Below are positions 1 to 10,465 of a stretch of 64,000 bases of DNA, piece by piece. Position numbers and translations under genes: made by a program. The DNA lies in contig CAJWHW010000001.1 of assembly GCA_913040915.1 (NCBI GenBank), positions 70,240 to 134,239 on the forward strand, in the 5' to 3' direction. How positions within the stretch are numbered: the first letter of the stretch is position 1; each line of letters begins with the position of its first letter. The stretch comes from an uncultured Fidelibacterota bacterium (GTDB lineage Bacteria > Fidelibacterota > Marinisomatia > Marinisomatales > UBA1611). The notes beneath the pieces were generated by a model. The model searched no databases. It was not told the DNA's origin and saw nothing but the letters and a program-made list of their open reading frames with translations.

Positions 1-437
1 AAGAAGAATTTTTTAATTCAGATCTTCCTTTTGTTTATAAAGACTGTATCCAGCTTTTAGACGCGGTAGAAGCAGCTGGCCATGCTACATGTTTGATGAC
101 AGGCAACATGAAAGTGATTTCAAAAATTAAATTAGCAAAATTTGATTTGTGGGATCGATTTAAATTCGGCGTTTTCGCTGATGACGCTGAGGAGAAAAGT
201 TCCATGCCCCGCTTGGCCAGAGAAAAGGCCTGGGATGTCTTGGAAGAATCTTTTCGGCTGGAAAATATGATTCTAGTTGGTGATACACTTCAGGATGCTG
301 AAGCGGCAATAGAAAATGGATGTAAGTCAATCATTGTTTGCAGACATAAGGAGAATTGGGATAAAATAAAATCTTCAAAGCCCACTTTTCTAGTAGAAGA
401 TCTATCTAAACAATTTTTATTATCGAAAGTTATTTAA
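1..437 (+). CDS. HAD-family hydrolase, 5'-truncated by the window edge
   Basis: Frame is open from base 3. Contains LMTGN (motif II) and LVGDTLQDAEAA (motif IV) of HAD phosphatases. Confidence 0.8.
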   Translation, partial: EEFFNSDLPFVYKDCIQLLDAVEAAGHATCLMTGNMKVISKIKLAKFDLWDRFKFGVFADDAEEKSSMPRLAREKAWDVLEESFRLENMILVGDTLQDAEAAIENGCKSIIVCRHKENWDKIKSSKPTFLVEDLSKQFLLSKVI

Positions 438-1839
438 TGAATTGATTAATAGCTTTTTCCCATTGTCCCTTTTTTACTAAATGTTGTTCCTTCTGATTTG
501 GGTTAAATATTTTGTTTGTAATCTCCAAAGAATTGTGTTCATATTCAGGATTCAACAATCTATAAACACCGAATGCGGTGCTATCTGTCACAGCCGAACG
601 TCCAACGGGTATACCTGAAATATCAGCAATAAATTGGAGTAGTGGTTCTCTTGCGCCTCCACCGGCAGCAGTAAGCAGTTCTGACTTATTGTTTATATGC
701 GGGGTTAAACAATCCAAAATATCATTAACTAGAAAACCAATAGATTCCATACCGGCACGAATAATTTCATTCTTATTATAATTCTTATTCATATCAATAT
801 AAATATCATCAAAACCCTTTGTCCAATAAGGAGCTGACAATCCACTGAAACCTGGAATAAAAATCCCGTTAGTTGTTATTTGGGATGCACGCTGATCCCA
901 TTTCATTTTTTCATGAGGAATATTTAATTCATTTTCTAGATGATAGAATAAGGAATTGCACGCATTGATAGTACCCTCAGTCATAAAATATTTTTTATTT
1001 TCATCTGAAAACAACACACTAGAAATAAGCCTTGGAACAACATTGGGGATATTGCCTACATTAAATTGAACACTAGCAGATGTTCCAAAATTTGTTGCTA
1101 TAGAATCCTGTTTCAACCCTGCCTGACCAATAAGAGAACCTTGCTGATCACCAATAACCACGAAAAGTGGAATGTGTGTTTCTAAAACTTTTCCATGATT
1201 ATTCTTTACCGGTAATATAGGTGGAAGACAATTCTCATTGATTCTAAAAAGGTCTAATGCAAATGAGGACCAATTTGATTTATGAATATTATATAGGAGA
1301 GTTCGGCAGGCGATAGATTCATCTATTCCTGCTGTACCAGTTAAGCTCTGCAATAAATAAGCACTCAGGGAGCCGAAATATAATTGATTATTTTTGACTC
1401 TTTGGTGTAACAAGTTGTCTTGACGAATAAGATGAAGAAATTTGGGCCCACCAAAATGGGCGCTCAATGGTGTCCCGGTAATCTTCCAGAGTGCTTCACT
1501 ATACTCTAGTAACTCATCGGTAATACTAAATGCCCGACTATCCTGCCAACTCAAGGCGGGTGTTACCGGATGACATGATTTTTTTTCCCATAGTAAAAAT
1601 GTGGAACGTTGGACACTAAGCCCGGCTCTTCTAACAGGAGTTTTACCTGATTTTTGCACCATTTCCTGGAATAAAGATTTGCAGGCATCTAAAATGATAA
1701 CAGCATCAAATTCCACATGAAATTTTTTTGGATGAGACAAGTTATGTTTGATTTTATTACTGTAAATAATTTTCCCGACATCATTAAATAAGAAGGCTTT
1801 TGTAGATGATGTCCCTTGATCCATGACAATGTAATTCAT
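430..1839 (-). CDS. FGGY-family carbohydrate kinase (glycerol kinase-like)
   Basis: DQGTSSTKA, SWQDSR, GDQQ, FGT and PGFSGLSAPYW motifs. Confidence 0.85.
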   Translation of the reverse strand: MNYIVMDQGTSSTKAFLFNDVGKIIYSNKIKHNLSHPKKFHVEFDAVIILDACKSLFQEMVQKSGKTPVRRAGLSVQRSTFLLWEKKSCHPVTPALSWQDSRAFSITDELLEYSEALWKITGTPLSAHFGGPKFLHLIRQDNLLHQRVKNNQLYFGSLSAYLLQSLTGTAGIDESIACRTLLYNIHKSNWSSFALDLFRINENCLPPILPVKNNHGKVLETHIPLFVVIGDQQGSLIGQAGLKQDSIATNFGTSASVQFNVGNIPNVVPRLISSVLFSDENKKYFMTEGTINACNSLFYHLENELNIPHEKMKWDQRASQITTNGIFIPGFSGLSAPYWTKGFDDIYIDMNKNYNKNEIIRAGMESIGFLVNDILDCLTPHINNKSELLTAAGGGAREPLLQFIADISGIPVGRSAVTDSTAFGVYRLLNPEYEHNSLEITNKIFNPNQKEQHLVKKGQWEKAINQFIK

Positions 1840-1848
1840 GAATCAAAA

Positions 1849-3048
1849 TTACTGGATATTGCGCAGAGCTGGAATGCTAATCCCAATTATGCCGCACAGT
1901 GCAGCACCGAGCCCAATACCAAAAAATAAAAGTTTAACAGGAATTATTGAAGTGATTATTCCCACTAAGCCGGATGAGATTGCTGTTGTACCTACCACGC
2001 CTAAATGAACCATAGCAAAAAGTCGTCCATGAAATTTATTTGGAGTATGAATCTGGACAATGGATGTTCTACTTATTATAATGAACGGAATTCCTATGCC
2101 ATGCAGAAAAATTATTACCATAGCCATTTCTATGCTTTGAACCCAATACAAGAATGAATATGTGATTCCATCCAAGAATAACCCAATAGCCCATATGGTG
2201 CCGTTTTTAAAAAATCTGTTAAGGTTAGACACAATGAATGATCCAACCAAAGCCCCAGCAGCCATACAGCCCTCTATAAAAGCAAAATCCGAAGCAGTAC
2301 CGCTTAATGCAATTTTAACTAAGATTGGTAGCCCCACAATGGCGGGCCCCATAATGAAAAGATTATTAATAAACGTAATGACGATCATCCAAAAAATTGA
2401 CTTCTGCTCATAAAGATAAGATAGCCCTTGTTTCAGTTCATGCCAGTGGCTGTGCTTATCCGAGTTTATTAAGTGAGTTGGTTTTTTAAGGCAAAATAAG
2501 AAAACAACAGAAAATAAAAAAGAGGCTGCATCTACCATAAATAAATTTGGGAGTGAAATAAGTGTCAGTAAAACGCCAGCGACGATAGGTCCCATCATCC
2601 AGGCAATTTGTCCTGAAGTTGCTAAAATAGCATTTATCTGAATTAATTTTTGAACAGGAAATAACATGGGAATAAAGGACTGGAATGCAGGTTGAAAAAA
2701 TGTATTAAAACAGCTTCTTAAAAATGCTAATCCGCAAATTAGCCAAATATTCTCATGGTAATACCATAAACAAATGGGAATCATTAAAACGGTCAATGCC
2801 TGCCCAGCATTGGCAAATATCATTAGCCAAAAGCGGTTCATTTTATCTGAAAAAACACCAGCATATAGCCCAAAAATCAATGCTGGTAAATAAGCACTCA
2901 TGGCAATAATTCCCGTAATAATAGAAGAATTAGTTAGATCCAAAACCAACCATAAAAGTGCTAATTGGTAAATTGCATCTCCAATTTGGGAAATTGCCTG
3001 CGCCGACCAAAGTAAATAAAGATTTTTCTTTTGACTAAAATTCACCAT
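1849..3048 (-). CDS. MFS transporter (DHA3/MefA-like)
   Basis: About 12 hydrophobic segments; LWSAQAISQIGD start; GVFSDKMNR loop motif. Confidence 0.85.
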   Translation of the reverse strand: MVNFSQKKNLYLLWSAQAISQIGDAIYQLALLWLVLDLTNSSIITGIIAMSAYLPALIFGLYAGVFSDKMNRFWLMIFANAGQALTVLMIPICLWYYHENIWLICGLAFLRSCFNTFFQPAFQSFIPMLFPVQKLIQINAILATSGQIAWMMGPIVAGVLLTLISLPNLFMVDAASFLFSVVFLFCLKKPTHLINSDKHSHWHELKQGLSYLYEQKSIFWMIVITFINNLFIMGPAIVGLPILVKIALSGTASDFAFIEGCMAAGALVGSFIVSNLNRFFKNGTIWAIGLFLDGITYSFLYWVQSIEMAMVIIFLHGIGIPFIIISRTSIVQIHTPNKFHGRLFAMVHLGVVGTTAISSGLVGIITSIIPVKLLFFGIGLGAALCGIIGISIPALRNIQ

Positions 3049-3163
3049 GATGAAGTCATTACTGAAATTAGTCCCAAAACATTTTTGCCATTTGGTTTTT
3101 CCCTGTAAATTGTGTACTTATTTTGGAACAAAAATTTTAACATTATCGTAAAGGAGTACGAGA

Positions 3164-3469
3164 ATGACTTATATAATAGCAGAACCATGCGTAGGAACCT
3201 GTGATACCGCTTGTGTGGAAGTGTGCCCTGTAGATTGTATTCATGGGCCTTATGATAAAACCGGAGCCGGAGCTGAGGCGAAGGCGGATGATTTTGTCCC
3301 GAAAGATGAGGATTCTTTATACATTGATCCGGAAGAGTGTATTGATTGTGGAGCATGTGAGCCTGAATGTCCAGTAGAAGCGATCTTTGAAGAAAGTGAA
3401 GTCCCAGAAGAGTGGAACAAGTACATCAAAATTAATTATGAATGGTTCGGGCGCGAGTACACGGGGTAG
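3164..3469 (+). CDS. Dicluster (7Fe/8Fe-type) ferredoxin
   Basis: MTYIIAEPC...CVEVCPVDCIH and CIDCGACEPECP; AAGGAG SD upstream. Confidence 0.92.
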   Translation: MTYIIAEPCVGTCDTACVEVCPVDCIHGPYDKTGAGAEAKADDFVPKDEDSLYIDPEECIDCGACEPECPVEAIFEESEVPEEWNKYIKINYEWFGREYTG

Positions 3470-3494
3470 TTAAATTAATTAGATTTAATTAAAT

Positions 3495-3524
3495 AAACGG
3501 CTGTCAAATGGCAGCCGTTTTTTT
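3495..3524 (+). terminator. Intrinsic terminator after ferredoxin
   Basis: AAACGGCTGTCA-AA-TGGCAGCCGTTT hairpin followed by a T run. Confidence 0.8.
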
Positions 3525-3536
3525 GTATTATTTTTT

Positions 3537-4640
3537 ATGAATAAAGATCAAGTTTTAGACCATTTAAAATCCATTAATTATCCAGGATTCTCCAGAGATA
3601 TTGTTTCTTTTGGAATGGTAAAAGATATCTCTATTGATAGCAATGAAATTACGGTATTTTTGAATATTACATCTCAAAATGAAGGCAAAAAGCAGCAAAT
3701 CATTAATGCTATCAGAAAAGCTCTCTCGAGCTACTTTGATACTGTAAATGTAGAACTTTCTTCAGATGGATCTCAGCAAACAGTCCCGATTCCACCTGGA
3801 CAAGAGCCCCCTCCAATACTGGAAAATGTAAAACATGTCATCGCTATTGCAAGTGGGAAAGGAGGAGTTGGTAAATCTACTATTGCAGCAAATTTGGCCT
3901 GTGCTATGATGAAAAAAGGTAAAAAGGTTGGATTATTGGATCTAGATATTTACGGTCCCTCTTTGCCGATTCTTTTAGGTCTTAATGAACAACCCGAAAT
4001 GACTCAGGGGAAAAAATTAATACCCTTAAAAAAATTTGATATGGAAGTCATGAGTTTTGGCTTTATTAGCGGTAATGATACTCCGGTGATATGGCGCGGA
4101 CCTTTAGTCTCCCGTATGACAGAACAATTTTTCAGGGATGTAAAATGGGGGAAGTTAGATGTAATGATTTTGGATTTACCTCCGGGCACTGGTGATGTTC
4201 AATTAACATTAACCCAAAAACTAAAAATGTCTGGTGCAGTCATTGTCACGACGCCACAAGATATTGCCTTGGCAGATGTCCGAAAAGGCGCCGATATGTT
4301 CCGTAAAGTCAATACCCCTGTTTTAGGTGTAATTGAAAATATGTCTGGCTTAGCTCTGAATGGTGTTGTAAAAGGCTCTGTTTCATCATTTTCAATTAAT
4401 GACGAAGAGATTTTTGTTGATGAAAAAGGCCATTTTAGTTTAACAATGGATTTATTTAAAACAGGAGGTGGTTTGAAAGAAAGTGAAAGGTTAGGAGTTC
4501 CTCTTTTAGGAAAAATCCCTATTTCTGCTGATATAATGAATGCTACAGATTCCGGGATGCCAATTGCTTATAGTAATCCTGATTCATCTATCGGCCAGAT
4601 CTATCATCACATTGCTGAAATGTTAATATCTGATAGTTAA
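3537..4640 (+). CDS. mrp: Mrp/ApbC/NBP35-family P-loop ATPase with N-terminal FeS_assembly_P-like domain
   Basis: SGKGGVGKST, DLDIYGPS, WRGP, DLPPGTGD, VTTPQ and ENMS motifs. Confidence 0.92.
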   Translation: MNKDQVLDHLKSINYPGFSRDIVSFGMVKDISIDSNEITVFLNITSQNEGKKQQIINAIRKALSSYFDTVNVELSSDGSQQTVPIPPGQEPPPILENVKHVIAIASGKGGVGKSTIAANLACAMMKKGKKVGLLDLDIYGPSLPILLGLNEQPEMTQGKKLIPLKKFDMEVMSFGFISGNDTPVIWRGPLVSRMTEQFFRDVKWGKLDVMILDLPPGTGDVQLTLTQKLKMSGAVIVTTPQDIALADVRKGADMFRKVNTPVLGVIENMSGLALNGVVKGSVSSFSINDEEIFVDEKGHFSLTMDLFKTGGGLKESERLGVPLLGKIPISADIMNATDSGMPIAYSNPDSSIGQIYHHIAEMLISDS

Positions 4641-4768
4641 TGTAATTGGGAACAACAGTAAATTTTATAGGTTATTTACAATAAATCCGCGAAATATCGC
4701 ACAATGCAACTCGGTTGTATCCAAATTAACCAATCGGTAATTTCGCCCGCTTTTTTTCTTTATTATAG

Positions 4769-5521
4769 ATGAAAAATTCATTACGAAAAAGTGCACTGGA
4801 AGGGCATATCCCTGAACATATAGCTATCATTATGGATGGCAATGGCCGTTGGGCTAAAGAGCGCTTATTGCCAAGAGTGGCCGGACATAAAGAGGGGATA
4901 AACTCTGTCAGAGAAATTACCCGTATTTGCGGGGAGATCAGTGTAAAGCATCTTACGCTTTATACATTTTCAACAGAAAATTGGAATCGGCCTGATGATG
5001 AAGTCAGTGCCTTAATGACTCTTTTATTGAAAACAATCAGTATTGAGATCGAAGAACTTCACAAAAATAATGTTTGCTTCACTGCAATTGGCAACTTGGA
5101 GATGTTGCCACAATCTACCCGAAAAGGAATTTTGAATGGTGTTCAAACTACAAAGGATAATACTGGGTTAAATCTTTGTTTAGCCTTGAATTATGGAAGT
5201 AGGCAGGAAATGGTTAATGCTGTACAAACGCTCGCAAATAAAGTCAAAGAAGGGGAATTGGAACCTCATGAGATTGATGAAACTATTTTTTCTAAATCGC
5301 TTTCAACATTTGATATGCCTGATCCTGATCTTTTAATTCGAACCAGTGGCGAATGTCGATTAAGTAATTTTTTACTTTGGCAATGTGCCTACACGGAAAT
5401 ATTTATGACAGATACATATTGGCCTGCTTTTCGTGAGAATGAACTGATGGAAGCAATTCTGGAATATCAATCTCGCGAAAGAAGATTTGGACAGGTTAGT
5501 GAACAAATAAGCAATTCATAA
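4769..5521 (+). CDS. uppS: Undecaprenyl diphosphate synthase
   Basis: HIAIIMDGNGRWA, FSTENWNRP, DLLIRTSGECRLSNFLLWQ, RRFG. Confidence 0.96.
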   Translation: MKNSLRKSALEGHIPEHIAIIMDGNGRWAKERLLPRVAGHKEGINSVREITRICGEISVKHLTLYTFSTENWNRPDDEVSALMTLLLKTISIEIEELHKNNVCFTAIGNLEMLPQSTRKGILNGVQTTKDNTGLNLCLALNYGSRQEMVNAVQTLANKVKEGELEPHEIDETIFSKSLSTFDMPDPDLLIRTSGECRLSNFLLWQCAYTEIFMTDTYWPAFRENELMEAILEYQSRERRFGQVSEQISNS

Positions 5522-7935
5522 TGAAAAAATTACTTATTCTTTTTTCAATTCTCACCTACAGCTTAGGTCAGGGACTTCCAGATGAAATTAAATTGGTAAA
5601 AGTTGATGTTGATGGAAATATCATTACTTCTGAAAACACCATTATTTTTACTGCAGGCCTTCGCAAAGGCCAGACTATTTCACCATCTGATTTCCCACGG
5701 GCGGTTAAAAGGCTCTGGCAATTAGGTTTATTCCGAGATATTCAGATTCGCTATAATGAAGAAACATCAGATGGTCTTTCTATCACAATTCTAGTAAAGG
5801 AGAATTATATCCTTGGAGATTTATCCTATCAAGGGAATAAAAAGATAAAAGATCGGAAGTTTAATGATGAAATATCATTAGCAAAAGGACAAAGGCTTGC
5901 TACTAATACGCTCCATGAAATAGCAACAACCATTAAAAATTTGTATGCAGAAAAAGGTTATTTAAATGTAGAAATTGAGCCTGAAATGAAAATTCCTGAA
6001 CAAGAATCAACTATTTTTGAAGGCAAAGCAAAAGATATTGTAAGAGATGTGGTATTTAATATAAGTGAAAATGAAAAAGTCAAAATTGGTAAAATTATTT
6101 TTGAAGGAAATCAATCTTTTTCAAATTTCCGACTTCGCTGGAAAATGAAAGAGACCAAACAACAGCGCTGGTACCTTTTTTGGCGATCTACATTTGATAA
6201 GAAAAAATTTGATGAAGATTTAAATCTTGTTGCGACTTTTTATAGGAATAAGGGCTACCGTGATTTTAGAGTTGTGCGCGATACAATAAGATACAGTGAT
6301 GATAAAAAGCAATTGAATTTGATTGTTACCATTGAAGAAGGCCCCCAGTATAAATATCGTAATTTTTCATGGGAAGGAATGACCTTATTTAATGAAGAGC
6401 TTTTGTCACGTACCTTAGGTATAGAAACCGGAGATCAGTACAGTGACGAAGATTTTAACATGGCTGTTTTTGATCGTGTTCAGGGATTGTACATGGATCG
6501 AGGCTATATCTACAGTCGGATTGAGCCTGCGATTACACCTGTTGGGGAAGATTCTCTTGATATTCATTTTGTTATTACAGAAAACCATAAAGTTTATATC
6601 AACCATATTGCTATTAAAGGGAATACAAGAACAAGAGAAAATGTAGTTCGCCGCCAATTACGAGTTTTTCCCGGTGATGTTTTTAATCGCCAGCGACTGA
6701 TGAGAAGTCACCGGGAAGTTATGATGCTAAATTTCTTTGCCAATGTAGTACCAGATGTAGTGCCCATTTCAGAAGACAAGGTAGATTTAGAAATTACAGT
6801 AGAAGAAAAACCAGCGGGTCAGGCGAATGCAAATATGGGGTATAGTCAATCTTTTGGTATGACTGGCGGGGGCGGTCTTGCTTTGCCAAATTTTCGTGGG
6901 AAAGGACAAAGTTTAAATTTCAGTTTTAACGTAGGTACCAATGTGGGCTATGGATACGGGTATGGCAATCAATACCAACAGCGCCCCAAATACAGATCTG
7001 TAAGTATAAGTTTTACAGATCCAATGGTTAATGATACGAAGAATCTATTAGGTGGCTCAATATTTTATACGTTCCGTGGGAGTTCTACGTTGTATTCTGC
7101 CCCCATTGATTATACAATGGCTGGCACTTCAATTACGTGGGGTCGTATTTTTAAATGGCCTGATGATTTTTTTCGTGGGACCTGGTCTTTTCAACTTGTT
7201 CGTAAAATGTATGAAGCGTCTCAAGCAGATTTAGACCGTTATGCAGGTGGGTATAAAACTTCAGATGGTATCAACTTTTCACAAACAATAAGGAGAGATA
7301 GTCGCGATCATCCCGAATTCACAACCATAGGTTCTTTATTTTCTTTAAAATCTATGCTGTCAGGTTGGGTGTTAGGAGGACAGGAAAATTTTCATAAACA
7401 TGTTTTAAATCTTGAATGGTATACACCTACATTTTGGAAATTTGTCTTAATGAATTCCATGAAAATTGGTGTAGTCAAGGAATTGCCTGCATTGAGAGAA
7501 GGCCGATCTTTTATTCCATGGAATGATAGATTTATTATGGGGGGGAATGGCATTCCTTATGGTAATCCATTAAGAGGTTATGACGATAACAGAGTCGGTC
7601 CTCTTACTTCAAATGGAAGTCCTATAGGAGGAAATACTTTGGTTAAATTTGGCACAGAATTTCGAGTGCCTTTTGCAGAAAATCCTGTAGTTTACGGACT
7701 GGTTTTTTCGGAAATGGGTAATGTTTGGTCTTCCACAGATTTAATGGAAAGATTGGATCTCCCACGAAGAGGCCCGATTGATTTGAAGCGTTCTGTCGGT
7801 GCAGGTATTCGTTTTTTTATGCCAATGATTGGGATGCTTGGTTTTGATATCGGGTATGGTTTTGATCGAGTTAACACTAGCGGAGAGTTGGACCCAGGAT
7901 GGAAAACCACCCTAACATTTGGACAACAATTTTGA
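5521..7935 (+). CDS. bamA: Outer membrane protein assembly factor BamA
   Basis: Signal peptide, POTRA repeats (GNTRTRENVVRR), LRGY motif, C-terminal Phe; uppS-bamA-skp-lpxD synteny. Confidence 0.95.
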   Translation: MKKLLILFSILTYSLGQGLPDEIKLVKVDVDGNIITSENTIIFTAGLRKGQTISPSDFPRAVKRLWQLGLFRDIQIRYNEETSDGLSITILVKENYILGDLSYQGNKKIKDRKFNDEISLAKGQRLATNTLHEIATTIKNLYAEKGYLNVEIEPEMKIPEQESTIFEGKAKDIVRDVVFNISENEKVKIGKIIFEGNQSFSNFRLRWKMKETKQQRWYLFWRSTFDKKKFDEDLNLVATFYRNKGYRDFRVVRDTIRYSDDKKQLNLIVTIEEGPQYKYRNFSWEGMTLFNEELLSRTLGIETGDQYSDEDFNMAVFDRVQGLYMDRGYIYSRIEPAITPVGEDSLDIHFVITENHKVYINHIAIKGNTRTRENVVRRQLRVFPGDVFNRQRLMRSHREVMMLNFFANVVPDVVPISEDKVDLEITVEEKPAGQANANMGYSQSFGMTGGGGLALPNFRGKGQSLNFSFNVGTNVGYGYGYGNQYQQRPKYRSVSISFTDPMVNDTKNLLGGSIFYTFRGSSTLYSAPIDYTMAGTSITWGRIFKWPDDFFRGTWSFQLVRKMYEASQADLDRYAGGYKTSDGINFSQTIRRDSRDHPEFTTIGSLFSLKSMLSGWVLGGQENFHKHVLNLEWYTPTFWKFVLMNSMKIGVVKELPALREGRSFIPWNDRFIMGGNGIPYGNPLRGYDDNRVGPLTSNGSPIGGNTLVKFGTEFRVPFAENPVVYGLVFSEMGNVWSSTDLMERLDLPRRGPIDLKRSVGAGIRFFMPMIGMLGFDIGYGFDRVNTSGELDPGWKTTLTFGQQF

Positions 7936-7952
7936 TAAACAAGGAGATAACT

Positions 7953-8480
7953 GTGAGAGTACCCCTTCGAAATACATTATTTATTTTAACCTTTATAGGT
8001 ATGGCATCAGTAGCGTCAGCTCAACTAAAAATAGGATATATTTTATCAGAAAGAATTCGCACTGAATATGAAGAGTTTAAAGAAGCAGAATCTCAATTAC
8101 AGTTGGAATATAGAAAAGTTCAATTTGAGTTTGATCAAATGGGACTAAAAATGGATAGCCTTAGACAGGATTACGAAGTAAAACGTCTTATGGCTTTAGA
8201 CAAGGGTGAAAGTATTCGGCAGGAAATTGAGCAAATGGAAAAGCAAATTCAAAATTTTCAAGCTGAAAAAATTGGACCACAGGGTGAACTGATGAGGAAA
8301 CAGGCTCAATTAGAATATGAAATTTTAGGTAAAGTCAAAAAAGCTGTTGATAAAGTTGCCATTGATGGTGGTTTTGATTATATAATTGATGCATCTGTCG
8401 GTCTGCTATATTTTAAACCCAAGTACGATATGACTGATGATGTTCTGCATGAACTTCGGAATTTAACTACAGGGAAATAA
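7953..8480 (+). CDS. skp: OmpH/Skp periplasmic chaperone
   Basis: GTG at 7953 follows an AAGGAG SD; signal peptide then LKIGYI; helical body; FDYIID...DMTDDVL end; follows bamA. Confidence 0.88.
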   Translation: MRVPLRNTLFILTFIGMASVASAQLKIGYILSERIRTEYEEFKEAESQLQLEYRKVQFEFDQMGLKMDSLRQDYEVKRLMALDKGESIRQEIEQMEKQIQNFQAEKIGPQGELMRKQAQLEYEILGKVKKAVDKVAIDGGFDYIIDASVGLLYFKPKYDMTDDVLHELRNLTTGK

Positions 8481-8486
8481 ACTGAT

Positions 8487-9500
8487 TTGGAACTCACGCT
8501 TGGTGAGATTGCTTCCCAAGTAGGCGGCACAGTACAAGGTAATCCTGATTTAATTATTAACGGGGTCTCAGAAATTCAAAATAGTATTCCTGGTACAATT
8601 ACATTTCTGAGCAATCCTAAGTATAAGAAGTACTTATCCTCTACACAGGCTGCAGCAGTATTTGTAGATGATAAAACCAGTGTTAATAATGGCAATATTG
8701 TTTTTGTCCCCAATCCGCAATTAGCAATGGCAAAGACACTAAGCCTTTTTTATCCGGAGAATAAACATTTAGCTTCCATACACCAAAAGGCAATTATAGA
8801 CCCTACTGTCTCTATCGGTGAAAATGTATCAATTGGTCCAGGAGTCATTATTGAATCAGGTTCAGTTATTGGCAATGGATCTGTAATTGATGCAAATACA
8901 GTAATTGGTGAAAATGTAACTATAGGAAAGAATTGTCAACTAAAGGCCAATGTAACAATTTATTTTAATACCATTATTGGTGAAAATGTCGTTATCCATA
9001 GTGGAACAACAATTGGTTGTGATGGATTTGGGTTTGTAACACTGGACGGTATCCATGAAAAAATTCCACAGATCGGTAATGTTAAAATAGAAGATAACGT
9101 AGAAATCGGTTCGAATTGTGCTATTGACAGAGCAACTATTGGGACTACGTTTATTGGAGAAATGACAAAGCTAGATAATCTGGTTCATATAGCTCATAAT
9201 GTGCAGATTGGTAAGGGGTGTCTTATTACAGGAGCATTTGCAATTGCAGGAAGTTCTAAGATTGGTGATTATTGTACATTTGCTGGACAAGTTGGCGTTG
9301 CTCCTCATGTAAATATAGGCCCCAATGCAACCTTTGCTGCAAAATCAGGTGTAACAAAATCCTTAGTAGGGGGAAAAGTCTATGCAGGTTTTCCTGCTAG
9401 GGAAATAAGAGAACACAATAAAAGAGAAGCAGTATTAACTAGAATTAATCAGATGCGAAAAAAGCTTGATCAATTGATAGCGGATCAAAAAGTAAGGTAA
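8487..9500 (+). CDS. lpxD: UDP-3-O-acyl-glucosamine N-acyltransferase
   Basis: Hexapeptide repeats; GCDGFGF, KIPQIGNV, IDRAT, KLDNLVHIAHN. Confidence 0.95.
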   Translation: MELTLGEIASQVGGTVQGNPDLIINGVSEIQNSIPGTITFLSNPKYKKYLSSTQAAAVFVDDKTSVNNGNIVFVPNPQLAMAKTLSLFYPENKHLASIHQKAIIDPTVSIGENVSIGPGVIIESGSVIGNGSVIDANTVIGENVTIGKNCQLKANVTIYFNTIIGENVVIHSGTTIGCDGFGFVTLDGIHEKIPQIGNVKIEDNVEIGSNCAIDRATIGTTFIGEMTKLDNLVHIAHNVQIGKGCLITGAFAIAGSSKIGDYCTFAGQVGVAPHVNIGPNATFAAKSGVTKSLVGGKVYAGFPAREIREHNKREAVLTRINQMRKKLDQLIADQKVR

Positions 9501-9508
9501 ATTTAAAG

Positions 9509-10465
9509 ATGGAAAGAAAACAAAGAACAATAGGTACATCTCAAACATGTAACGGTGTGGGTTTGCATACTGGCGTAGAAACAAGTATAACTTTTCATCC
9601 TGCATCAGAAAATTTTGGTGTTCGATTTGTGCGATCAGATATTCCATCAAGTCCGGAAATAAAAGCGGATATTGACCATGTAGTAGATATATCACGAGGT
9701 ACAACCATTGAGGAAAATGATATTCGAATTCACACAGTAGAACATGCTCTCGCTGCTGTGAGCGGACTCCGAATTGATAATATTTTAATCGAACTGACCG
9801 GTAAAGAACCTCCCGTGATGGATGGCTCTGCAAAAGATTTTGTTGAATGTTTAATCAAAGCCGGAATCAAAATACAAAAACAGGAAAGAAAGGTTTTAGA
9901 GATTACCCGTGCTGTAAACTATACAAATCCATACCGTGATATTGATATTCATGTTATTCCATCGGATAGATTTAGAATTACATTTATGGTTGAATACCCA
10001 TTAACTGCACTGGGGACTCAGTACGAAGCCATTTATAATATGGAAGAAGATTTTGCATTTGAAGTCGCACCGGCCCGAACATTTTGTTTTTTGAGTGAGG
10101 TTGAAATGTTGAAAGAACAAGGTTTGATTAAAGGTGGGGCATTGGACAATGCAGTTGTTATTGTAGATAAGGAAATTGATCAAGCTGAAATGGACAGACT
10201 CAAGGATTTATTTGGTATAGAGCATAATATAATTCAAGGTGCAAATGGTATTCTCAATGGAAAAGTACTTCGATTCAAAAATGAGCCAGTTCGCCATAAA
10301 ACCCTGGATTTGATTGGAGATCTCGCTTTATTAGGTATACCTATTAAAGGTCATGTTACTGCAGCTAGAGCAGGTCACGCGAGCAATGTTGAATTTGTAA
10401 AAAAATTAAAAACAGAATATGCTAAGGAATTGAATGCATTAAATAATGGAAATTCAAATGGCTAA
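9509..10465 (+). CDS. lpxC: UDP-3-O-acyl-GlcNAc deacetylase
   Basis: GVGLHTG, TVEH, MDGSA, ARTF, EPVRHKTLDLIGDL, AGH. Confidence 0.95.
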   Translation: MERKQRTIGTSQTCNGVGLHTGVETSITFHPASENFGVRFVRSDIPSSPEIKADIDHVVDISRGTTIEENDIRIHTVEHALAAVSGLRIDNILIELTGKEPPVMDGSAKDFVECLIKAGIKIQKQERKVLEITRAVNYTNPYRDIDIHVIPSDRFRITFMVEYPLTALGTQYEAIYNMEEDFAFEVAPARTFCFLSEVEMLKEQGLIKGGALDNAVVIVDKEIDQAEMDRLKDLFGIEHNIIQGANGILNGKVLRFKNEPVRHKTLDLIGDLALLGIPIKGHVTAARAGHASNVEFVKKLKTEYAKELNALNNGNSNG

